Source: Terriglobia bacterium
GTDB lineage: Bacteria > Acidobacteriota > Terriglobia > UBA7540
Direction of reading: 5' to 3'
Length of the DNA stretch: 21,930 nucleotides
Assembly: GCA_030038235.1 (NCBI GenBank)
Contig: JASHPE010000208.1
Span: forward strand, 1-21,930
Under the pieces are notes generated by a model. It saw only the letters and a program-made list of their open reading frames with translations, had not been told where the DNA came from and searched no databases. Shown here piece by piece: positions 1-8,200 of this stretch; positions within the stretch are counted from its first letter, which is position 1, and each line of letters opens with the position of its first letter. A program made the translations under genes and the position numbers.

Positions 1-317
1 ACGATGACACCCACAACCTATTCCAGGAAGCGGACTTGGACCATGCTCACCTCTAGCGCCTGTTGACGGCTCGATCGTATTTCGCCCACTCGCCGGGAGC
101 GAGCACGAAACCTTCCTGACGTCCCGCCGACAGCGGTCTGGTTATTCGCGATATGGCATTGCGACTGCAATATCGACCGCGGTAAGCAGCCACGCAAGAG
201 CCAATGAGGCGGCCAAGTCGCCGGAAGCCGTAATCCGGCGATTACGGAGAAGTGCGCCCGCACAGCCGGCAAGGGTTCCAGTCTTACGAGCGAGCTGCTC
301 AAAAAAGGAGAACAACC

Positions 318-1181
318 ATGCCGAGTCAGGCTTCGGCGTGTGCAGCTCAAACTTCGAGATCGGTTACACCGCCCAGGCAGAATCAGGGGGGCGCGAGACG
401 TGTCAGTTACAAGACCCAGGCAGCGCGTGCTGCTCTCACTGCAGAGCGCAGGCGCGAGCGGGACGAACTCGCTCTCAAGCTGATGGGGCTGGTGCGCCGA
501 GTGGCTCGCGAGATGTGCGACCATCTTCCGGCGCACGTCGACGTGGACGACCTGATGAGCGCCGGAACGGTCGGTCTTCTCGAAGCCATTCGGCGATTCG
601 AGTCCGGCAAGCAGGTGAAGATCGAGACTTATGCGCGTTATCGCATCCGCGGCGCAATTCTTGACGCCCTTCGCGAGCTCGATCCGGCGTCGCGCGACAT
701 GCGCCGCAGGAACAAGCAGGCGGAGCGGGTTTTCCAGAATCTGAGCAATCGGCTGGGGCGCCCCGCAACTGACGGTGAGATGGCGGATGCCATGCACTTG
801 AGCTTGAAGGAATGGTACCGCGTGGTGAACGAATTCCGCAGCTCGGGCGTGGAGTGGCTGCGGCCTACGGTGATGCCGAGCCTGCAATGCGTCGAACCGA
901 ATGATCTGCCCGCCACGGGTCAGCGAAACCCGTTTGACCTCTGCTACCGACGCGAGCAACGCGATTTCCTCAACCGGGCGCTGAGCACGATTTCTGAGCG
1001 CGACCGCAAGGTCCTCTCCCTGTACTACGAGCACAACCTAACCATGAAACAGATCGCTGACCAGCTCGGCATCGATGAGTCGCGCGTCTCGCAGATCCAT
1101 TCCGCGGCGTTGAACCGGCTTCGCAGCCGAGTACGATCCATGGTGCGGCCGGCCCTCGATTCGACCCACGTCGCGGCTTAA
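318..1181 (+). CDS. fliA: RNA polymerase sigma factor, FliA/WhiG (sigma-28) family
   Basis: ORF 252..1181. By-eye match to FliA in region 2/3 (DDLMSAGTVGLLEAIRRFE, YARYRIRGAILDALRELD) and the region 4 HTH (LSLYYEHNLTMKQIADQLGIDESRVSQIHSAALNRLR). Start set at ATG 318, 7 nt after GGAG (307-310). GTG 252 is possible but has no SD. Confidence 0.85.
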   Translation: MPSQASACAAQTSRSVTPPRQNQGGARRVSYKTQAARAALTAERRRERDELALKLMGLVRRVAREMCDHLPAHVDVDDLMSAGTVGLLEAIRRFESGKQVKIETYARYRIRGAILDALRELDPASRDMRRRNKQAERVFQNLSNRLGRPATDGEMADAMHLSLKEWYRVVNEFRSSGVEWLRPTVMPSLQCVEPNDLPATGQRNPFDLCYRREQRDFLNRALSTISERDRKVLSLYYEHNLTMKQIADQLGIDESRVSQIHSAALNRLRSRVRSMVRPALDSTHVAA

Positions 1182-1233
1182 TCTGCACGCACGCCCGTTG
1201 CCGCCGCAGGGCATCCGATGGTACAAACAATTC

Positions 1234-1485
1234 ATGACCCGACACGAAGGCAAGACTTTTGAGAACGAGAACGTGGTCCTCGACGAGGGCGTCTTCATCA
1301 ACTGCGTCTTCAAGAATTGCAGCCTCGAATACAGCGGCGGCGACGTGTACGTCCAGGCCTGCCAGGGCGACGGATGCCAGCTCATCTGGCGCGGCGCAGC
1401 GCAGCGCACCGTCTTCCTGCTGCAAGGCCTCGGCCTGATGGCGCAACCTCCGACTCCGCCCGCCCCCACCACGCGGGTCCAGTAG
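1234..1485 (+). CDS. small hypothetical protein (83 aa), pentapeptide-repeat-like core, Pro-rich tail
   Basis: ORF 1198..1485 trimmed to the first ATG. Strong G/C third-position bias in this frame supports coding. VVLDE-GVFIN-CVFKN-CSLEY shows a 5-residue periodicity like one coil of a pentapeptide-repeat beta-helix. No family recognised and no clear SD. Confidence 0.5.
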   Translation: MTRHEGKTFENENVVLDEGVFINCVFKNCSLEYSGGDVYVQACQGDGCQLIWRGAAQRTVFLLQGLGLMAQPPTPPAPTTRVQ

Positions 1486-1581
1486 GGCGCGACGCGTCTC
1501 AGCGCGACACAAACCGGCGCCCGTGAGGGCACTGGCGCTTCAGAGCTTCCCGACTTGGCGGCGGCTTTATACTGGAATGTT

Positions 1582-3381
1582 ATGCCTTCGCGCCGCCGAT
1601 TCCTCAGCAGACTTGCCGCTTTGGGCGCGCTCGCGCTACGTGATGCCGCGCCCTATGCGCGGATCGGGCGTGCCGCGGACGCCAGGCCCAGCCGACCTGC
1701 CGCGCCGGCGAGCGTGCCGGTCCGCTACATCGACGTTGCCTCCGCGGCAGGCATCGACTTTCTGCAGGACGCGACTGCCACCGCGCAGAAGTACTATCTG
1801 GAAACCATGGGCACCGGCGTCGGCTGGATCGACTACGACCAGAACGGCCTGATGGACCTCTACTTGGTACAGTCGGCGGCGACCGACATCTACAAGCCGC
1901 CGCGCCCGCTGCGCTCTGCGCTCTATCGCAACAACGGCGACGGCACTTTTACCGACGTGACCGAGAAGGCGGGCGTCGGCAGTTCTGGGCTCTACGGCCA
2001 GGGCGTCGCGGTCGGCGACTTCGACAACGACGGTTTCCCCGATCTCTATGTGACTGGCTACGGCCGCTCGATTCTCTATCGGAACAACGGCGACGGTACT
2101 TTTACCGACGTGACCGAGAAGGCGGGCGTGACCAACACTGGCGGCTGGGGTACGAGCGCCGGCTGGTTCGATTACGACCGCGACGGCTATCTCGATCTCC
2201 TGGTCTGCAACTACATCGAGTGGTCGCCCGAGAACAACATCTGGTGCGGCGATCACAAGGCGGGATTTCGCGCCTACTGCCATCCTAACAACTACAAGGG
2301 CCAGCGGCTCAAGCTCTACCGCAACAATCACGACGGCACTTTCAGCGACGTCAGCCGTAAGTCGGGCGTGGGCGTTCCCGAAGCCAAGGGAATGGGCGTG
2401 GTGCTGGCCGACCTCAACAACGACGGCTGGACCGACATCGCGGTGGCCAATGATACGTGGCCGAACTTTCTCTTCATCAATCAGAAGGACGGCACGTTCA
2501 AGGACGTCTCGTTCATCTCCGGTCTCGCCGCCAGCGAAGACGGCAAATACGAGGCCGGCATGGGCATCGACGCCGCCGACCTCGACGGCGACGGCTGGCC
2601 CGAGATTTACATCACTCACCTCGACCACGAACTCAACCGGCTTTACCACAACAACCGCGACGGCACGTTTGACGATGTCACCTACCCGAGCGGCATCGGC
2701 AATTCGGCCATCGATCTCAGCGGCGTGACCATGAAGTTCCTGGATTACGATAACGATGGCTGGACCGACATCTGCCAGTTGAACGGCGCCATGCTCGACA
2801 ACATCAGCCTTTATCATTCCGAGGTCACCTACAAAGAGCCGATGCTGATGTATCGCAACATGGGCGGAGGCAAGTTGAAGAAAGTATCCGATCAACTCGG
2901 TCCGGACTTCGTGCGGCCCATCGCGGGACGCGGCTTGGCCGTGGCGGATTACGACAATGACGGCGATCTCGATCTTGCCATCAACGTACGCGGCGATCGC
3001 GCCGAATTGCTGCGCAACGACGGCGGCAATGCCAACAACTGGCTGCAGGTACTGCTGGTCGGAACGAAGTCGAATCGCGACGGCGTGGGCGCCTCGCTGC
3101 GGCTCGTCTCCGAGGGCTTCGCCCAGGTCAAGCAGCGCCAGGGCGGCATGGGCTACATGTCGGCGAGCGACCCGCGCATCCACTTCGGGCTGGGCGGGCG
3201 CAAGGAGATCGAGTCGCTCGAAGTCAGTTGGCCGAGCGGCGCTGTTGAGAAGCTCGACAAGGTTCCGGTCAACCAGATCATCACCGTAAAGGAAGGCGAA
3301 GGGATCGTGCCGCGCTCCTTCCCCCCGACAGCTGCCTCACGAGAAGCGGGCCGGACCGGCGGCGCCCATCTGATAAAATGA
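1582..3381 (+). CDS. Tat-signal FG-GAP/VCBS repeat protein with C-terminal UnbV/ASPIC domain (CRTAC1 family)
   Basis: ORF 1555..3381 trimmed to ATG 1582. Twin-arginine signal MPSRRRFLSRLAALGALAL. Repeats YRNNGDGTFTDVTEKAGV (x2), DYDNDG and DLDGDGWPE. C-terminal NRDGVGASLRLV...GYMSASDPRIHFGLG...VSWPSG. No SD; TATACT at 1568-1573 ends 8 nt before the ATG, so a leaderless mRNA is possible. Confidence 0.85.
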   Translation: MPSRRRFLSRLAALGALALRDAAPYARIGRAADARPSRPAAPASVPVRYIDVASAAGIDFLQDATATAQKYYLETMGTGVGWIDYDQNGLMDLYLVQSAATDIYKPPRPLRSALYRNNGDGTFTDVTEKAGVGSSGLYGQGVAVGDFDNDGFPDLYVTGYGRSILYRNNGDGTFTDVTEKAGVTNTGGWGTSAGWFDYDRDGYLDLLVCNYIEWSPENNIWCGDHKAGFRAYCHPNNYKGQRLKLYRNNHDGTFSDVSRKSGVGVPEAKGMGVVLADLNNDGWTDIAVANDTWPNFLFINQKDGTFKDVSFISGLAASEDGKYEAGMGIDAADLDGDGWPEIYITHLDHELNRLYHNNRDGTFDDVTYPSGIGNSAIDLSGVTMKFLDYDNDGWTDICQLNGAMLDNISLYHSEVTYKEPMLMYRNMGGGKLKKVSDQLGPDFVRPIAGRGLAVADYDNDGDLDLAINVRGDRAELLRNDGGNANNWLQVLLVGTKSNRDGVGASLRLVSEGFAQVKQRQGGMGYMSASDPRIHFGLGGRKEIESLEVSWPSGAVEKLDKVPVNQIITVKEGEGIVPRSFPPTAASREAGRTGGAHLIK

Positions 3382-3420
3382 ACCGGAAAAGGCGGAGCGT
3401 ATGCCCTGGGGGAGCTTCTT

Positions 3421-5721
3421 TTGATTCTTGACATCCTCACCCATTGGCTTCTGGCGGGCCTTCGTTTTCTCGCTGAAGAATCGGACCTACAACTGTCGCG
3501 CTGGCGGCTGGCGAGCGAGACGGGTCATCGCGCGTTCAGTGAAGGCCGCTACGGCGACGCCGAGGCGGAATATCGGACCGCGCTTGCCGAAGCGCAGCAA
3601 TTCGGGAAGAAGGACGTGCGCCTCAGCGAGGCTTTGAACGATCTGGGCGAGGCGTGCCGCGTTCGCGGCAAGCTCGACGAGGCCGAGCAGCTTTTCCGCG
3701 AAGCGCTGGAGATCCGCGAAGCCGAGCTCGGCTCCGACGATCCTAGCGTAGCGCAGACGCTGAACAATCTGGCGGCGGTCTTGAGCGCCAAGGGGCAATT
3801 TGACGAGGCCGCTCCCCTCTACCGCCAGGCGATCGATGTGGAGGAGTACTCGCTCGGGCGGGAGCATCCGGTCGTCGCCACCAGCCTGAATAATCTCGCT
3901 CTCGTTTACCGTCTGCAGGGCGAGCATGCGCAGGCATTGCCGCTGCTGATCCGGGCGCTCCGGATCGGGGTCAGCGCCACCGGCCAGGAACATCCAAACG
4001 TCGGCACTTGCTACAACAATATTGCCAGCGTGTGCTTTGCCGCCGGGCTGGTGCCTGCGTCCGAGACCTTTTTCAAGCAAGCACTGGCCATAAAGCAGAA
4101 GACCCTGGGCCACCTCCATCCCGAGGTGGCGGTCATCCTGGAAAACCTGGGCGAGTTGAGCCTGGTGCAGGGCAGAGACGCGGAGGCTGAGGGGCTTTTC
4201 CTGCGAGCGCAGGCCATCGAGGCTATTGCCAGCAGCGCGGGTCCGCCTCCCGGCGTGGGCGAAGAGGACCTCGCACGCGTCGCCGCCGAGGGCCCACTGG
4301 CGGACCTCGAGGTGGGCGACGTATCGGCCACTCTATCGGCGGTCAGCGATACTCTGCTGGAAGAGCGGCCGCCCGCCGCGGTTCCCCGCGAGCCTGATCT
4401 CGGGGCGGAGGAGAGTCCGGCGGCGATAGAATCAGCACCTGAGCCGTCGATCGCTGAGCGTGCAGTGCAGGTGACTCGCGCCGAGCCCTCCCTGGCTCCC
4501 GGCGCTGAAGCTGAAGCCGCTGAGGCTCGCCACGCGCGCGTTCGGCCGGAGATTCGTCCGGCGCCGGAGCCTGGGCCGAAGGTTGTGGAACCGGAGCACG
4601 ACGCCGGGCCTGTCTCCGGCCCGTCCGCCGTCGACGACGGCGGCGCCGAAGCGCGCATCCGGTCGTGGATTGCCGCGCGCGAGGGCGAGCTCGGCGCGCA
4701 CGATCCGGGATTGCTGCCGGGACTCAATCGGCTGGCGCTCCTCCAGCAGTTGCTCGGACGCTACGTTGAGGCTGAACCCGTTTATCGGCGAATCGTTGCG
4801 ATCAAAGAGAAAGCCTTCGGCGCGAATCATCATGCGCTGGTCTCTACGCTTCAGCGCCTTGCCGAGATCTATTTGGAGCAAGGCCGCGCGGATGATGCCG
4901 AGGCGTACTGGAAACGTATCCTCGCGCTCGACGAGGCGCAGTTCGGCGAGGAGCACGCGGCGGTGGCGGCCGATCTCGCCCGCTTGGGCGAGTTCGCGCA
5001 GGCACGAGGGCGGCTTTCCGAGGCGCGCGGGCTGTATCGCAAGTCCTGGCGGGTATGGGAGGACACCGGCGGGCGCGAGCACGTGGAAGTGGCGCGCACT
5101 CTGGAGAAACTGGCGCAGGTGGAGAAACAGCTTGGCGAGGGCGCACAGGCGGCATCGCGCCTGCGGAGGGCGCTGGAGATCAGCGAAAGCGCGTATGGCG
5201 GACCGCATCCGGCGCTTGTGCCGGGTTTGAATCGCCTGGCTGCGCTCTATAAGGAAGCGGGCAAGCCCGCGGAGGCCGAGGTCGAACTCCGCAAAGCCCT
5301 CGAGATCCAGGAGCGCGTCTTCGGCCCGGACCACCTGAACGTGGCGTTGACCCTGAACAACCTGGCGGTGTTTTACACGCGACAGGGACGCCGCCAGGAA
5401 GCCGAGCAGCTCTTCCTGCGCGCGCTGGGGATCAAGAAGGCTGCCCTCGGCGAGCGCCATCCGGGGCTGGGCCCGACGCTTGACAATCTGGCGATGTTCT
5501 ATGAAAACGAGCAGCGCGACGAGCTTGCTGAGAAGTACTTCCTTGAGGCTGTGGAAGCTTTCGGCCGCGGCGCCGGCACGGAGCGCTCCGGGCTGCCCCA
5601 GTGTCTTGAGCACTACGCGGGTCTGATGCGCAAACGAGGACGTGCCGACGATGCCGACGATCTCGAGGCCCGAGCGCGCAAGATCAGGGCGCGCACCGCG
5701 GGGAATGCGGGCGCCTCCTAG
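3421..5721 (+). CDS. tetratricopeptide repeat protein (kinesin-light-chain-type TPR_12 repeats), two TPR blocks with low-complexity linker
   Basis: ORF as given. TTG start lies 6 nt after GGGGGAG (3408-3414). Repeated 42-aa TPR units (LNNLAAVLSAKGQFDEAAPLYRQAI, LNNLALVYRLQGEHAQALPLLIRAL, LNNLAVFYTRQGRRQEAEQLFLRAL). Ala/Glu/Pro-rich linker at roughly aa 270-420. Confidence 0.85.
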   Translation: MILDILTHWLLAGLRFLAEESDLQLSRWRLASETGHRAFSEGRYGDAEAEYRTALAEAQQFGKKDVRLSEALNDLGEACRVRGKLDEAEQLFREALEIREAELGSDDPSVAQTLNNLAAVLSAKGQFDEAAPLYRQAIDVEEYSLGREHPVVATSLNNLALVYRLQGEHAQALPLLIRALRIGVSATGQEHPNVGTCYNNIASVCFAAGLVPASETFFKQALAIKQKTLGHLHPEVAVILENLGELSLVQGRDAEAEGLFLRAQAIEAIASSAGPPPGVGEEDLARVAAEGPLADLEVGDVSATLSAVSDTLLEERPPAAVPREPDLGAEESPAAIESAPEPSIAERAVQVTRAEPSLAPGAEAEAAEARHARVRPEIRPAPEPGPKVVEPEHDAGPVSGPSAVDDGGAEARIRSWIAAREGELGAHDPGLLPGLNRLALLQQLLGRYVEAEPVYRRIVAIKEKAFGANHHALVSTLQRLAEIYLEQGRADDAEAYWKRILALDEAQFGEEHAAVAADLARLGEFAQARGRLSEARGLYRKSWRVWEDTGGREHVEVARTLEKLAQVEKQLGEGAQAASRLRRALEISESAYGGPHPALVPGLNRLAALYKEAGKPAEAEVELRKALEIQERVFGPDHLNVALTLNNLAVFYTRQGRRQEAEQLFLRALGIKKAALGERHPGLGPTLDNLAMFYENEQRDELAEKYFLEAVEAFGRGAGTERSGLPQCLEHYAGLMRKRGRADDADDLEARARKIRARTAGNAGAS

Positions 5722-5807
5722 TGGTCACTCAGTTTGACGTGGCACGGGCGTCCCGCCGTGAATGGCCGCGGCCAAGATGGCCGTGCCACCTCAAACTGAG
5801 TCACGAC
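5721..5807. repeat. imperfect inverted repeat (27-bp arms, 24/27 paired, 33-nt spacer) between convergent gene ends; possible bidirectional terminator / REP-pair-like element
   Basis: Arm 5721-5747 GTGGTCACTCAGTTTGACGTGGCACGG pairs with arm 5781-5807 CCGTGCCACCTCAAACTGAGTCACGAC. The spacer contains the palindromes GGCCGCGGCC and GGCCA-AGA-TGGCC. GTGG precedes a short GC hairpin at the inner edge of both arms. Confidence 0.6.
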
Positions 5808-5822
5808 CAGGAAGTCGGTGCT

Positions 5823-6650
5823 TCAGCGATGAGATCGATCGAGCAGATAGACCGCGCGCCGCGGCTCCTCTTCGGGCGGCGAGAGGAAGTCGGTGACGCG
5901 GTAGCCTCTCTCGAAATAATGCTGAAAGACGCGCCGCATCTCGAGGCGCCAGCGCCGCCCGAGATCCAAGTCAAGGGCACGCATGTGATCGGGATTGGAG
6001 GGAATTTCGACCAGCAGGCGACGATCGGAAAGTGTCAGGCGCAGACGGCGATTCAGCGGGAACGCGCGCGCGTCCCACTCGACCTCGTTGACTGCGGACA
6101 GCGCGCCGAGCGTGACGCCGGGTCGCCGGCCGCCGAGCGCGTTCTCAACGTGAGGGCTGGCGATATGCCATTCCGCCACGAAACGATCGCTCGGCAGTCC
6201 GCATTCGATCTTGCTATGAAAGCTTCCGTAGCAATCGGGCAGGTACTCGCGGACTTCAGCACCCAGGCGATGAATGTTCAACGAGGCATTGCGGCTTTGC
6301 AGCGGATCATACGTCCAGGCGATCGTCCTTACGCCTTGCTTCAGGGCGATCCGCCGATGCTCCAATTTCATCCGAAGACCCAGGCCGAGATCGCGGAATT
6401 CCGGCCTTACGGCCATGAGGTGCGACCAGTGGATCAGGCGGCCATTGCGTCGCGCCAGGAAGGCATAAAGAAAGCCGGCGAGGTGACCGCCCGAAAAAGC
6501 TCCAAGCACCGCTCCGCCATTCTTGGCGGTGATCAGCAAGAGTTCAGCCGACGCGCCGGCCGAGCCCCAGACTGTTTGCTGGATGCGCTCGCATTGCTGG
6601 AACTCCGCGAGCGCGCGAAGAGGACGCACAAGGATTCGCGAGCCGGCCAT
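5823..6650 (-). CDS. GNAT-superfamily acetyltransferase-like protein (uncharacterised COG3375-like family)
   Basis: ORF 5823..7073 trimmed to ATG 6650 (MAGSRILVRPL...), 1 nt after the stop of the upstream zinc-ribbon gene. Core HWSHLMAVRPEFRDLGLGLRMKLEHRRIALKQGVRTIAWTYDPLQSRNASLNIHRLGA resembles a GNAT fold family. The upstream 141 codons of the ORF overlap the zinc-ribbon gene and are not credible. Confidence 0.7.
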   Translation of the reverse strand: MAGSRILVRPLRALAEFQQCERIQQTVWGSAGASAELLLITAKNGGAVLGAFSGGHLAGFLYAFLARRNGRLIHWSHLMAVRPEFRDLGLGLRMKLEHRRIALKQGVRTIAWTYDPLQSRNASLNIHRLGAEVREYLPDCYGSFHSKIECGLPSDRFVAEWHIASPHVENALGGRRPGVTLGALSAVNEVEWDARAFPLNRRLRLTLSDRRLLVEIPSNPDHMRALDLDLGRRWRLEMRRVFQHYFERGYRVTDFLSPPEEEPRRAVYLLDRSHR

Positions 6651-6651
6651 G

Positions 6652-6867
6652 CTAGTCGCCGCACATGCCGCGCCGCCGCGCGCCACACGGGCACGGTCCG
6701 CTCTCGGCCACGGCTTCACCCGAGGGGCCGGAGACCGCAAACACGGACAGCAGACGGTCCAACTTGCGGCCCTGGCAGCTCTCGCATACGACTCTGTCAC
6801 GGTCGGAACGCACGATCTTTTCAAATTGCGCGCCGCAATCGCGGCATCGATACTCAAAAATCGGCAT
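6652..6867 (-). CDS. FmdB-family zinc-ribbon protein (CxxC_CxxC_SSSS type)
   Basis: 71 aa. MPIFEYRCRDCGAQFE ... VVCESCQG gives the two CxxC pairs typical of the family. GGGGGAG SD (complement of 6875-6881) lies 7 nt upstream of ATG 6867. Confidence 0.85.
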   Translation of the reverse strand: MPIFEYRCRDCGAQFEKIVRSDRDRVVCESCQGRKLDRLLSVFAVSGPSGEAVAESGPCPCGARRRGMCGD

Positions 6868-7025
6868 GTCAACACTCCCCCGATCGCATCCGAAATTTCC
6901 ATTTTAATGTATGCTGTACGTCGAAGCGAGCACCGGGCGGCCCTGGCGCTCCCGCGCGTGTCGCGCGGCATTGACAAAAGCTGCTGAATTCGCGGAGTTT
7001 TTTCGATTTTTTTCATTGAAATCTC

Positions 7026-7054
7026 TTGACACGGTTGGGGACATTCATTACAGT
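7026..7054 (+). promoter_or_regulatory. sigma-70-like promoter candidate for the HU gene
   Basis: TTGACA (7026-7031), 17-nt spacer, TACAGT (7049-7054). T-rich UP-like tract (GAGTTTTTTCGATTTTTTTCATTGAAA) immediately upstream. About 60 nt upstream of the HU ATG. Confidence 0.4.
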
Positions 7055-7118
7055 GTGCCCTGACCTCATGCAAGGCTGACGCTGAATATTATTGGAGAGA
7101 GAGGAGAGCAAAACCCAA

Positions 7119-7418
7119 ATGGCGAAAGCGATGACCAAATCGCAAGTCATATCGCACTTGGCGGAAAAGGCGGGTGTCCAAAAGAAGTCCGCCGCGGCGG
7201 TGTTGGAAGAGATCGCGACTCTGGCGACACGCGAAGCCAAGAGCTCGGGACAGTTCACAATTCCGGGGCTCGGCAAAGTGGTGAAGGCAAACCGGAAGGC
7301 GCGGATGGGACGTAATCCGCAAACGGGCGAGCCCATCAAGATCGCGGCCAAGACCGTGGTGAAGTTCCGCCTGGCTAAGGCGTTCAAAGACGCGGTCGTT
7401 CCCCCCAAGAAGAAGTAG
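7119..7418 (+). CDS. hup: HU-family DNA-binding protein
   Basis: ORF 7092..7418 trimmed to ATG 7119 (GAGGAG at 7101-7106). MTKSQVISHLAEKAGVQKKSAAAVLEEI ... GFGKV-type arm (IPGLGKVVKANRKARMGRNPQTGEPIKIAAKTVVKFRLAKAFKDAV) is classic HU/IHF. Lys-rich tail. Confidence 0.9.
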   Translation: MAKAMTKSQVISHLAEKAGVQKKSAAAVLEEIATLATREAKSSGQFTIPGLGKVVKANRKARMGRNPQTGEPIKIAAKTVVKFRLAKAFKDAVVPPKKK

Positions 7419-7425
7419 TCCTGTG

Positions 7426-7457
7426 CCGGGCGGCGGACTTGAGAGTTCGCCGCTCGG
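7426..7457 (+). terminator. GC-rich hairpin downstream of HU (terminator candidate, no U-tract)
   Basis: CCGGGCGGCGGAC-TTGAGA-GTTCGCCGCTCGG forms a 13-bp stem with two G-T wobbles, starting 8 nt after the stop codon. No T-run follows it. Confidence 0.3.
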
Positions 7458-7539
7458 AACCTCACACCTCCGTTAGATGAAGAGCCGTGTCTCACGAGGC
7501 CGACTCGGGGGTAGTGTGCGCGGATACCCGCGGCGTCCT

Positions 7540-7643
7540 GATTTCACACCTAGGGGCGGCCCTCGTGGCCGCCCAACGGATGGCGCGCGCAACAGGTACT
7601 ATACAATCGGGCGGCCACGAGGGCCGCCCCTAGGTGTGAAATC
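7540..7643. repeat. perfect 35-bp inverted repeat with 34-nt spacer; each arm contains its own 8-bp hairpin
   Basis: 7540-7574 GATTTCACACCTAGGGGCGGCCCTCGTGGCCGCCC is the exact reverse complement of 7609-7643. Each arm contains the hairpin GGGCGGCC-CTCGT-GGCCGCCC, preceded by CTAG. It lies between the convergent HU and anti-sigma genes and ends 6 nt from the anti-sigma stop. Confidence 0.8.
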
Positions 7644-7648
7644 GGGCG

Positions 7649-8200
7649 CTATTCTTCGCGGAGGACGACGTAGGCCGTGAACGCCATGAGCGCCAGCAGG
7701 GCTCCGGCGCTCGCGATCACCAGATACGCGGAGGATTGACCGCCCAGGCCCTGCGCGATGTCCTGAAACATCCGGCCGCTGCGCTCGACCCATTCGCCCG
7801 CAATCGACGCCGGCGTGTGCGCCGGGGCAAGGATCTTCGCGGCGCTCAACCAGCCTGCAATCCGCGGCCACTGCCAGAGGGTCAATCCGAGGGCGGTCAG
7901 CAAGGCCGCGGCTTGGGCGAAACGTTCCACCCATGCGATCGGCTGCGTTGCCTGCGCTTCCGCCGCCCGGCGCGCCGCCAGTTGCGCCTTCCACCACACC
8001 AGGCCCGCGCTCGGAAGGCGGACTTCCGACTGCGCCAGCGCCTCCTCATGAAGCATGGCCTCCGCAACCAGCGCCACTTCCGCACAGACCTCGCAGCCTG
8101 CGGCGTGCTTCCGCAGTTCCTCGCCCCACGCGCCCGACCAGCGGCCGCGCCGCACGGCGTCCAGGACCTCCTGCTCGCGATGGCACTGCGGAATCTTCAT
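7649..8200 (-). CDS. zinc-binding anti-sigma factor (ZAS, HxxxCxxC), membrane-anchored
   Basis: ORF 7649..8308 trimmed to ATG 8200, which overlaps the sigma stop as ATGA (8200-8197). HAAGCEVC matches the HX3CX2C motif. Two hydrophobic segments (AAALLTALGLTLW, YLVIASAGALLALMAFTAYVVL). Confidence 0.8.
   Translation of the reverse strand: MKIPQCHREQEVLDAVRRGRWSGAWGEELRKHAAGCEVCAEVALVAEAMLHEEALAQSEVRLPSAGLVWWKAQLAARRAAEAQATQPIAWVERFAQAAALLTALGLTLWQWPRIAGWLSAAKILAPAHTPASIAGEWVERSGRMFQDIAQGLGGQSSAYLVIASAGALLALMAFTAYVVLREE

Noticed and set aside
1-66. Possible 3-prime end of an upstream + strand gene (frames ending at TAG 54-56 or TGA 64-66)
   Set aside because: It is too short to recognise, both frames are equally plausible, and it cannot be supported from this window.
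221-248. Hairpin CCGTAATC-CGGC-GATTACGG with an alternative GCCGG/CCGGC pairing about 70 nt upstream of fliA, as a possible riboswitch-like switch
   Set aside because: These are short stems that could arise by chance. No conserved riboswitch motif was recognised, and it may simply be the terminator of the upstream gene.
7477-7680. 67-aa ORF across the 35-bp inverted repeat (PRGGPRGRP appears twice)
   Set aside because: The peptide duplication is a by-product of the palindrome. There is no SD and the composition is non-coding.
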